A DNA stretch of 64,000 nucleotides from assembly GCF_006345805.1 (NCBI RefSeq), contig NC_043005.1, forward strand, positions 9,610,001-9,674,000. Reading direction: 5' to 3'. The notes under the pieces are model-generated. The model was not told the DNA's origin. It made no database searches and saw only the letters and a list, made by a program, of their open reading frames with translations. A program made the position numbers and the translations under genes. Positions 53,878 through 64,000 of the stretch are shown in pieces. Origin of the DNA: Octopus sinensis. Lineage: Eukaryota. The first letter of the stretch is position 1, and each line of letters begins with the position of its first letter.

Positions 53878-54260
53878 TTTATTTCTTTATTGCCCACAAT
53901 GAGGGATTAAGTTGATTACATCGACCCAGTGCGTAACTGGTACTTTATTTATCGACCCCGAAAGGATGAAAGACAAAGTCGACCTCGGCGGAATTTTAAC
54001 TCAGAACGTAATGGCAGATGAAATACCTATTTCTTTATTACCCACAAGGGGCTAAACATAGAGTGGACAATCAAGGACAGACATAGGTATTAAGCCGATT
54101 ACATCGACCCCAGTGCGTAACTGGTACTTAATTTATCGACCCCGAAAGGATGAAAGGCAAAGTCGATCTCGGCGGAATTTGAACTCAGAACGTAGCGGCA
54201 GACGAAATACGGCTAAACATTTCGCCCGGCATCCTAACGATTCTGCCAGCTCGCCGCCCT
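53878..54260 (-). mobile_element. Tandem pair of family D SINEs
   Basis: 53878-54027 is headless and 54028-54260 is full length. Confidence 0.85.
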
Positions 54261-56407
54261 TTAATCATGGTAAAATTCACAGAATTATCAGAAGCTGAAC
54301 TTCTTCAGCAACATACAAATATATAATTTCTATACGCATTCTACAACGATGGACAACAACAGCTAAAATCTATGCGCAATTTACAAAAGCTAGGCCTTGC
54401 AAAAATTGATCTAATTATCTTTCGTAGTAACGTAATTTATAACAACCGAAATTGCTTATCAAAGGCAAGGTTTTCTTGTTTTAATGTGTTTACCAAAGTT
54501 CACTGATTACATGGGTGCACCGCCGTTTCGTTTTGCTGCAGATAAGTGTTAGAAAATCTGGGACTGTGCTGCACTTAGATAATAGCGTCCTGTATAAAGT
54601 AGCTTTAACAAAAATGATTATCGGACTAATTTGCTCCTATTCACCGAAATTCTCTACAACCACAGGCCTATTAGCGTAGTCGATGAGAGCACTTCTTTGC
54701 TTTTACACAACCTGCTAGAAATAGCATCAAAATATCTCCCAAATCAAGTACTACCGTCTTGAAGCAAAAAGATAATGGTGTGTTGAATTTTGCAATTTGT
54801 GACACAGTTTGATAGAAACAGATAAACGGGTAAGTCCAAGCTGGAGTCTTCTTTTTTTTATCATTAGTCAGCTCAATAGGGATGACCTGGTGCGAAAGAA
54901 CAAAAACCAATACCTACAGAAAGAGTTATATTCTTCTTTGTTCTTGATTAGAGCAACAATTTCTAATATCAGTTAATAAGCTGTGTGCTACCCTAAAGTA
55001 TATACTCTCAATTCAGCCACTTTCCAACCCTTTGACTTTTAAGATAAAATTATTCCATCCTTACAATTAACCCAAACCATTCTCTGCCGTAAATTTATCA
55101 AGCACCTTTTCCATAGATTAAGGATAAACTTAAGAACAGAAATTTTCAAGGTCGAATTTCTACAAATGTACTGACTTACCATGAGAGAAGGGCATGAGAT
55201 TTAGGCATGGCTGTATTTTTTAATGAAGGTGGTTTCACAATCCTATTGTTCCGCGCTTAATTTTATTATGAGAAATGTTTTTGGTGGAACTAAATTTTGT
55301 GACTAAAATCTGGTAGATAAATCCTTACTGGTTGTTACGAATTTTTTAACACGAAGTGACTGCCTTTCTTCATTTGTATGGTCCTCAAAGGCACAGCTTT
55401 GTTATGTTCACGGACAAAGAGAACTCATACTACGTGGGGGGTTCAGGGATATAAAAACGTCATCACGCCACTCAGGATGAAAAAGAATACATAAAGTAGT
55501 AGCAATAGTAGTAAGGATATATGTGTATAAATGTATTTATACATGCTTACACATATATTCCTATGCGTGTGCATGTGTGTGTGTAAGTGTGAGTATGTGT
55601 ATGTGTGTATGTGTGTAAGAGTTTGTGTGTAAGTGTGTATGTGTGTGTGTGTACGAACCTTAACGTGATTAAATAGCTGCACCAGTATTGTATTATATAT
55701 TGATTTCACGTCTGTGAATTGTCATGTAAAATAAGAGATTGAAATAAATTTCAGCAGCATTGATGCTTTAATAATTTTGAAACCAAAAGATTGTAGATAA
55801 TCAATAGTTAACTACTATATTATTTATTATTACCAATACACAGACCTTTATGAATGTTGATAGTATTCTGTTCTATTGTTGCGCATAATATACAAGCATA
55901 CATACTCATATACATATACATACACATATGTATATGTGTGTTTATGAGAATGTGTGTTTGTATGTGTGTGTGAGTGTGTGTGAGTGTGTGTGTGTATGTG
56001 TATGAATATGCTTCGTGATGTAAACAGGAAAATAGAACTCGAAGCATGAGTGTGTGTGTGTATACATATATATGTATGTGCCTCTGTGAGTGTGTGTCTG
56101 TGTGTATGCATGGGACAAGAACACAAAACAACCAGACAGCTAGATTATACAGAAAACGGACAACAAAAAAGGGACAACAAAACACCCAGATGGATGATAC
56201 AGAAAAGGGACAAGAAAAAACAAGAACGGGTCAGTTGTAGTTTTCTTTCCTCAGTCGAGTTCCAGATTAACTTTGCAATTTCGGCTGGTTATACTCGAGA
56301 TTGCTCCAATCTTGCCAGCCCCAAGGAAAAACTAAGCTAAGAGCATTAGATTCCTTGGAAGAAAATAGCGAATGTATACGAAAACAAGGACGGAAAAAAA
56401 TCGGAGA

Positions 56408-56527
56408 AATGTTACACAAATACAAAAGCAAATATCAGGACATAACAACAGGAGACTTTCGACTAAGGACGAATCAATGTAAGCTGCTGTGTGTGGAAGT
56501 CAAGCCTTAGGCAGGGACATAAGGGAT

Positions 56528-56569
<42 letters not shown>

Positions 56570-56676
56570 GTCATCCCTAAGGCTTGACTTCCACACACGG
56601 CAGCTTACATTGATTCGTCCTTAGTCGAAAGTCTCCTGTTGTTATGTCCTGATATTTACTTTTGTATTTGTGTAAC

Positions 56677-56679
<3 letters not shown>
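56408..56679. repeat. Inverted duplication with a (TA)n loop
   Basis: 56408-56530 is the reverse complement of 56570-56679, apart from a 13-nt indel and about 2 substitutions. Confidence 0.92.
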
Positions 56680-56751
<72 letters not shown>

Positions 56752-57282
56752 GTACATATATATACATATATGCGTGGGTGTACGTTTGTATATATGTATT
56801 GTGCATATACATGTGCGTGTGTGAGTGCATTTGTATGTATACCTCTGTCTCCTTGTGCTTGTGTGTGTATGTGTGTGAATAATCATGTGTTTCAGTGTTC
56901 ATTAGACTATGCATGTGTTTTAAGTGTGTGTGTACTTGTTAGTCCGTATTACCTATGTACCTATCTATTTGTTTACTTACATATCCATTTACACACACAC
57001 ACATGTTAATTGAGGTAAATGACCTCATTAAGGGATAAAAAAATATCCAATGAAGTATTGGTTTGCTGCCTTCATTTTTTTGCGAATAGTAATATTCCTT
57101 ATGTAATAGGTTGAGGAATACATCCTGGTTTATAAATATGCAAGTTGTAATTCAAAATATGGACACGTAACATTAACAGAATTTTTGTAGTTAATAAATT
57201 ATATTGATGTGACAGCTCCATTTTCTAAGTATGATTATATATATATATATATTCGAAGGTTTGGAGATGATGTACAGGTATT

Positions 57283-57622
57283 ATATATTAGAAGAAATGA
57301 GGTAATCAGAAGATCGGATGGTTTATATTTACAGATATTTATTTATATATTACATTTTTTACATATATATCATATCATTTAGATCATTAGCACTTCCTCC
57401 TCATCCACCTCACCCTCTTGTGCTGTCTTGTTCCTCCCCACCACTACGAAACTCTATAAAATGATTAAAATTACCCACAAAGGAATTATTTTGATTTGAA
57501 AACCCCACTAGAATGGGAGAAAGCGCTAATGATCTAGATGATATGATATATATGTAAAAAATGTAATATATAAATAAATATCTGTGACTATAAACCATTC
57601 GATCTTCTGATTGCCTCATTTC

Positions 57623-57633
<11 letters not shown>
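57283..57633. mobile_element. MITE-like element with ~110-bp inverted arms
   Basis: 57283-57394 vs 57522-57633, with TA-rich flanks. Confidence 0.8.
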
Positions 57634-57673
<40 letters not shown>

Positions 57674-57882
57674 AATATTAGGGAATAAATCCAAACTTAC
57701 AGGGAAAATCAGATTTAGGATTGCATCCAATTTTATAGTAAAATATTATATTATATTAAATTAGAGACAAAACCACTATTAGGCAAATCATACAATGAAA
57801 AACTTAATCCAATACATAAGATTATTTAATTTATATTATTTAAATATATAACAAAATTATTAAAAAAATATAATTAATATAT

Positions 57883-57946
57883 CACTACGATCGTTTCATG
57901 GCTGTTAATTTCTTTAAATTTTCAAGTCACAATCATTCATCAGGTG
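57883..57946 (-). ncRNA. Hammerhead ribozyme motif (left arm)
   Basis: CUGAUGA (57943-57937), stem II closed by AUG/CAU, GAAA, palindromic ACGAUCGU, GUA triplet, and a 3-bp stem I CAC/GUG. Confidence 0.62.
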
Positions 57947-58082
57947 GTTTAAATATTTATCTTGCCGAGGTTTAAACAATGAATACCGTTACTTTAGTGT
58001 TACAAACTACCCACAAATGTCTATGGTGGCTAAATATATGTACATATAATTGTTTAAACCTCGCCAAGATAAATATTTAAAC

Positions 58083-58146
58083 CACCTGATGAATGAATGT
58101 GACTTGAAAATTTAAAGAAATTAACAGCCATGAAACGATCGTAGTG
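58083..58146 (+). ncRNA. Hammerhead ribozyme motif (right arm)
   Basis: CTGATGA at 58086-58092, GAAA at 58132-58135, ACGATCGT, and a predicted cut after A58143. Confidence 0.62.
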
Positions 58147-58269
58147 ATATATTAATTATATTTTTTTAATAATTTTGTTATATATTTAAATAATATAAAT
58201 TAAATAATCTTATGTATTGGATTAAGTTTTTCATTGTATGATTTGCCTAATAGTGGTTTTGTCTCTAAT

Positions 58270-58316
<47 letters not shown>

Positions 58317-58359
58317 TATGCATATTATATACATACATGTATATTTGAATATTAGTGTG

Positions 58360-58391
<32 letters not shown>

Positions 58392-58712
58392 TTTATATAT
58401 ATTTAATTATATGTACATATATTTAGCCACCATAGACATTTGTGGGTAGTTTGTAACACTAAAGTAACGGTATACGAACACCGTATTCTCTTAGTCTAAA
58501 ATTTATTATGTCTCTTTCTTGTGAGACTTTACAGGCAAAATTTCAAAGAACATTTAAATTGGGTGAAGAAATCAGGAAAACCTTTAGAAAATTTCTTGCA
58601 AATTAATTGAGGATATAACATATTAAATTTGTGAACTGATTTACGAAGCATTCTTCAGGTCTTAAACCTGTGGTTAATTTCTCATTGTTGCTTACTGCAT
58701 ATTATGTTCATC

Positions 58713-59091
58713 AGTGGAGGCGCAATGGCCCAATGGTTAGGGCAGCGGACTCGCGGTCGTAGGATCGCGGTTTCGATTCGGGCGTTGTGAGTGTTTATTG
58801 AACGAAAACACCTAAAAGCTCCACAAGGCTCCGGCAGGGGATGGTGGTGATCCCTGCTGTACTCTTTCACCACAACTTTCTCTCACTCTTACTTCCTGTT
58901 TCTGTTGTACCTGTATTTCAAAGGGCCGGCCTTGTCACTCTCTGTGTCACGCTGAATATCCCCGAGAACTACGTTAAGGGTACACGCGTCTGTGGAGTGC
59001 TCAGCCACTTACACGTTAATTTCACGAGCAGCTGTTCCGTTGATCGGATCAACCGGAACCCTCGTCGTCGTAACCGACGGAGTGCTTCCGC
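58713..59091 (+). mobile_element. SINE family A, tail type A2
   Basis: 9-bp TSD ATTATGTTC at 58701-58709 and 59092-59100. Confidence 0.9.
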
Positions 59092-59669
59092 ATTATGTTC
59101 TGCAGTAGCAGTTCACCGCCTGATGTTCTCATAGTAATATGACCACAACTTTTCATTGATATTGATATTTTCTAAGACACCGTTTCTGAACAGTATTCAT
59201 GTTATTTCCTTTATGGTTCTTCTTTACGATTAGATCGACATTAATTTAGTAAGTCAGTAATGAAAGTCATTCAAGCATTGACAAATCCATCATATTATAT
59301 TACTGACATTCATATATTACATCATTCAACATGAATTTTTTATGCGAAGACGAAAGTTTACGATTTAAAGAAGATATGCCTGATATTTGGAACAGCTTGA
59401 GTGACCAGAAAGAGAAAATCGGTGATATATCGCAGGACCCAGAGATTAAACCTCGTGATCATAAACCTCGTGGATTCAATTTTTCAACCAGAGACGTGTT
59501 AAGTCTTTTAACAAAGCATTTCATTTCACATTGTGCCAGCCTATGCAGCAATAATGAATACCAACTATGTACTGGTACCGCGCATCCTAGCTTCAGCTAT
59601 TGCATCCTTGATATGAAGGAGACAAGATGGTGTCCATTTCTGCTCGCGAATTCATAGGCAGTGAAAATA

Positions 59670-60048
59670 TTCTTTTCTACTCTAGACACAAGGGAGGGGC
59701 CAGTCGATTAATTCATCGATTCCGAAAGGATGAAAGGCAAAGTCGACCTCGGCAGAACTTAAACTCAGGACGTAAAGACAGACGAAATACCGCTAAGCGT
59801 TTCGCCCGGCATGCTAACGTTTCTTATTTCTTTATTGTCCCATAGAGGGGACAAACAAGTACAGACAAAGGGATTAAATCGATTACATCAAATCCAGTGC
59901 GTAACTGGTACTTAATTTATCGACCCCAAAAGGATGAAAGGCAAAGTCGAACTCGGTGGAATTTGAACTCAGAACTTAGCGATAGAAGAAATGCCTAGCG
60001 GCATTTCGTCTGCCGGCGTGCTAACGTTTCTGCCAACTCGCCGCCTTA
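59670..60048 (-). mobile_element. Tandem pair of family D SINEs
   Basis: About 59670-59823, then 59823-60048 (full head). Confidence 0.82.
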
Positions 60049-62714
60049 TAGACAGTGAATCTATTACTGAAAGTCTGCTACATTTTATTCAGTCATACAG
60101 CCTTTCGAATGATAGGTCACTGCACTGTTTAGTAGAGAAACCGAATTTTGAAGAGTGACTGCTCATCTGTGGTTCTTGCTTTCAAGCTGCTTCGAAAGTA
60201 GACATGTGTACAGATAAGGCGCCAGTTTCTTCAACTGAATCATTTCTATAAAATCCTGTATATATTTCGATCATTTTCACGGAAATTTTAAACTCATCCT
60301 TCTGGGCTTTGTTATGTTAGTACACATTTAAAGTTACTATTTGAGTAGAATCTAAACCTCGATTGCTTACCTCCATTCATTCAGCAACGCGAGACTAGAC
60401 TCAACAAAATCAATGTTAATTACGTGTAGAAGATAAGAATTGATGCTTGTATTATCTTAATATTCTTGTAAAAGTGTGTGTGTGTGTGCGCACGCGAGTG
60501 CCTATATGCGTACTTCTGTGGATGTTGGTACGAGTAACTATGTATGCGTTTTCCTGTCTCTGTATTAGAATGCCGCAAAGCATCAGTTGAATTCCAGAGT
60601 AGTGATTCACTGACATTTCAATCTGTTTCTTTTGAGTCTATTCTATTTATTCTTATGCTTCATATTTGATATTTCCAGTCGTAGTAAGTAGACGTATAAT
60701 GGAGTGAATTTCCTACTCCTACCCCGTTCTTTACACTTTATAACCTGCTACGTGTTGAGAACCGTCACCTGAAAACGAAAATTTTCTGTAATTTTCTAAT
60801 GCCTACGAAAGGATATTTTTGGTTACTATATAACAGCGAAGGCCTAGTTCAATTCCCAGATCAGGCAACTTAGTGGGTTCTTGAACGAGGGACTTCATGC
60901 CGCGTTACTCCAGTCTATTCTTCTACAAATGTGTTCAACTAGATGCTAAAGATTTCATCTCTCCTTCAAACAGCCGCATTATCAATATTCCACTGAGTCA
61001 AGAATAAAAGGGTCAAAAAAGGCCCATGTATTCTCGCGACTAAATACATGCCTAAAACAATTATCGAAAGCGTGGTATGTGCTGTTAATTCGTTCATACT
61101 GACGGCAATGCCTTTATGACTGTACGATACTGTCTATGTGCGAACATCTTTGTACACATCTGATAGAACAGATTACATTTTTTTCTCTCAGATGATAAAC
61201 AAGAAGCACCTCTTAAAACTAGGAACTCCTACCATGAGAACTTCAGTGTATACGTCTGGATGACACAGACCTCCAACTCTTTCCTTGGATTTTGCTTCTT
61301 TATAAGTTGTGTCTATAAAATAAGAGGTTTTTAAGACCGAATACAGAGAATACTGAGAATTCAAGTGAAAGATTAGTTTTCGTAACATGTCAGTGATATA
61401 TCATAGTTTCTCTTACCAAAAGCCATGAGGTTTGTCAACCATTACCACCGAACTTAAATTATCATTAGAAGTCAGCTCTAATGTCACAAATCTATGATGA
61501 AAGCCATTCAAACTATGATCACGCCATCTTCCGAAACAGCCCATCAAGTATTTCACTATGTAATGTGCCCCTCTAGTTAAATGGAGTCACTCTCCTGTTA
61601 CCACCCCCACTAGACAATCTGTATCTTGATGCATACCATAGCATACCTCATAGACTCTGTAGAGTGTAAGTTAAAGGGAATATTCCTTCATTATTCTTCA
61701 TTCAGTTTTTAATTATTTTCATTCAATATGCCTGTAGAATCATCTAGTTTAAGATGTGTTTCTCGTGTTGCAAAACATTGAACAATATTTCTAACAGTCT
61801 GAACAACCCTGCAGAGAAGACGTTTGCATTGTTTCATTGAATCCTGTCCTAGCACGTGATTAACTGCATAGGGTGTTCCACACATGTTCTTAATGTTCTA
61901 GGTTCAATTCTTGGAAAGTGAGACACATTGTGTTGATGAACGAGACATATCTTTCACTTCACTCCTGCAACTCAACTATAATGAGTAAAAGCTGGGTATT
62001 GGAATAGGCCTATCTCCATCCAGCTATAATATCTAGAATGTTCTGCTAAGATTAGTTCGTCACATGATTACGTAGACTGTCCAAACAACTGCTGTGGCAC
62101 AGATAGTGTATTGAAACTACTGATTTTTTCGTTTACAAAATACAGTTTCTGCTACAAGAAAAGTTAGCTAGTATGGAGTAGCTACTCATCCAAGGACTAT
62201 ATGTTTCTCCTCCTTTTTAATGATTATCAAAATAAACTCATGCACCAGCTCCGAGGATAAGTATGATACAGAAATTTGTTGTAAACGTTGATTTCCACCA
62301 TCTTGTTTCACTTAGTTAAAACGTATATATTATTAAAGATGAAACTTGTCGATCTATTTCTTAAAGTTGGTGTCTAACTGGTTTAATGGAAGGATAACTT
62401 TTATCCATCCAAAGTAATTTATTGAATGGCTGGCTGATGGTTTTACCGTTTGTTTATGGATAGTTGTCTAAATGGCTTATTAAATTTAAAACTTTACTGT
62501 ATTGGAAATAGATGTCATCTTTTAGTCAACTGGTGAAACAACCGACATGTTTTAGTCAGCTTCCTTGTTTTTCCTTCTCAAGTTTTAAGCACATCTAGAT
62601 GGAGATTTTATATAAGAAACGGAATGGATAACCTAATTTAATCGAAGATTTTTAACTCATTACAATACGTATGTTTGACCCAACCGTATTTGAAATTTAA
62701 TTATATTTTTCTTT

Positions 62715-63295
62715 AGTTTTTCTATTACTACTTTCAGCTCCAGAGCTGTGGCCACGCTGGTGCACCACCATTAATTTTGCTACAATCTGACTTCTTGGAA
62801 CCTTCTCTGATATGCGGTATTTGGTGAATGTGGAAGTTTCATGTTGTTGCCCTCAGCTGCATTTCCTGTCGCACTGTAGGTTCTTCTGGAACTTTTGACA
62901 GGGGGAGATCCAGTTTTCTTTTAAGACACTGCTTTCACCCCATGTAGGTATCAGACTGTGGATGTGTGTGGGAGATACTGAAATATTTATTCCTGCATCG
63001 TAATGGCGATATTGGGAATTTGGGGCTCTATACAGTGGCACTCCGTCCTGCTGTTTGTGTAATTTTCAATGACAAAGTTTGGTACAAGACCTTCCAAGAT
63101 GTTCCAGATGTATAACTACTGTATATCTTTCCCGTCTTCGAAGGGAGTAGAGTCTTCCCGTAGGGAATAATGGCGTCTTAACTTTTCAATCTTTCCCAGT
63201 AGATGACTTATTGCATTGAGAAGACTTCCTTTGTGCAGCTTTGCAGGATGGCTTCGAGTTCCGCCATTAATTTCCCATTATGTGGTAACCATTGA
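62715..63295 (-). pseudogene. 5'-truncated CR1-clade LINE with its 3' UTR
   Basis: Across frames the minus strand reads LEAILQS..YWERL..RRRERYTVV.IWNILEGLVPNF..LKRKLDLPLSKVPEEPT..QLRA. The UTR ends GGTGCACCAGCGTGGCCACAGC..CTGAAA. Confidence 0.78.
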
Positions 63296-63556
63296 TGTGT
63301 AATATTTTGTATTTTATATATTATTTATGGATTTATTTTTCATGAAGGACGCTCTCCTAAACTATTTTCCCTCATCCATATATTGATGATATTCACGATC
63401 ATCAACGTTGCATTCCCCTCCGTCGCTCTCTCTCTCTCTCTCTCTATTTCTTTACACACACGCAAACACGCACACACACACACACACACACACGTACACA
63501 CGCACACATACGCATGCATACATACATGCATGCACACAGATCTCTCTTTCTCTCTA

Positions 63557-63598
<42 letters not shown>

Positions 63599-64000
63599 CA
63601 TACATACATATAGATAGATACATAGATCGATGGATTGATGCTTATATGTATGTATTTCTCACTTTCACCAACTGACTGGAATATTTCTGTGGTGAGTCTT
63701 AATGAGACATAACCCTATGAATTGCTCTTAAGCATTTGGCTGGAAAACCAGATTCTCCAGGGACTCTGTATTTGCTATATTTTACGAATATATCAAGAAA
63801 GGAATTTTATTGACATTGTCTCCCTTATTCTATTTAGAATTTTAAACACACTTCAAGGGAGTTTTTGTCTACTAAATGCATAGACGACCTGAAATACTGC
63901 TGTGTATTGACTCACAGCATTATATAAGTAAGAGACCCTCCCCTGTTAGCAAATTTCATCACCGTAGGAGGAAGTCACTGAACAGTTTCATAATTTGTTG

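Larger units (their letters stand above)
57753..58276. repeat. 228-bp near-perfect inverted repeat with a 68-bp spacer
   Basis: 57753-57980 vs 58049-58276, about 2 mismatches by eye. The spacer is repeated in inverted orientation at 58405-58473. Confidence 0.93.

Noticed and set aside
56600-56640. GATT-CGTCCTT-AGTC-GAAA hammerhead-like half
   Set aside because: There is no CUGANGA upstream.
59331-59657. 108-aa ORF in apparently unique DNA
   Set aside because: It overlaps a decayed CORE-type SINE (GTGGATTCAATT..GTGTTAAGTCTTTAACAAAGCATTTCATTTCAC) and has no recognisable domain.

Overview
This is AT-rich eukaryotic intergenic or intronic DNA dominated by microsatellites and transposon relics. 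I can support no intact host protein-coding gene, rRNA, true tRNA or CRISPR array, and almost all ORFs in the track are translations of microsatellites or SINEs. The repeat families look like those of an octopus/coleoid cephalopod genome (inference from recall, not a search). Contents: several tRNA-derived SINE families, many with clean TSDs; relics of R4-like, CR1 and RTE LINEs; a decayed Tc1/mariner element, mariner deletion derivatives and several MITE or fold-back elements; three non-autonomous Helitrons; and a Chapaev3-like transposase relic. The strongest unexplained signal is a set of hammerhead ribozyme motifs of the minimal Penelope type with palindromic stem III. One lies in each unit of a ~602-bp head-to-tail tandem (12.8-14.0 kb), an arrangement that resembles a retrozyme or circRNA precursor. 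One lies in each arm of a 228-bp inverted repeat (57.7-58.3 kb). A degenerate version occurs in a dispersed ~150-200-bp family.
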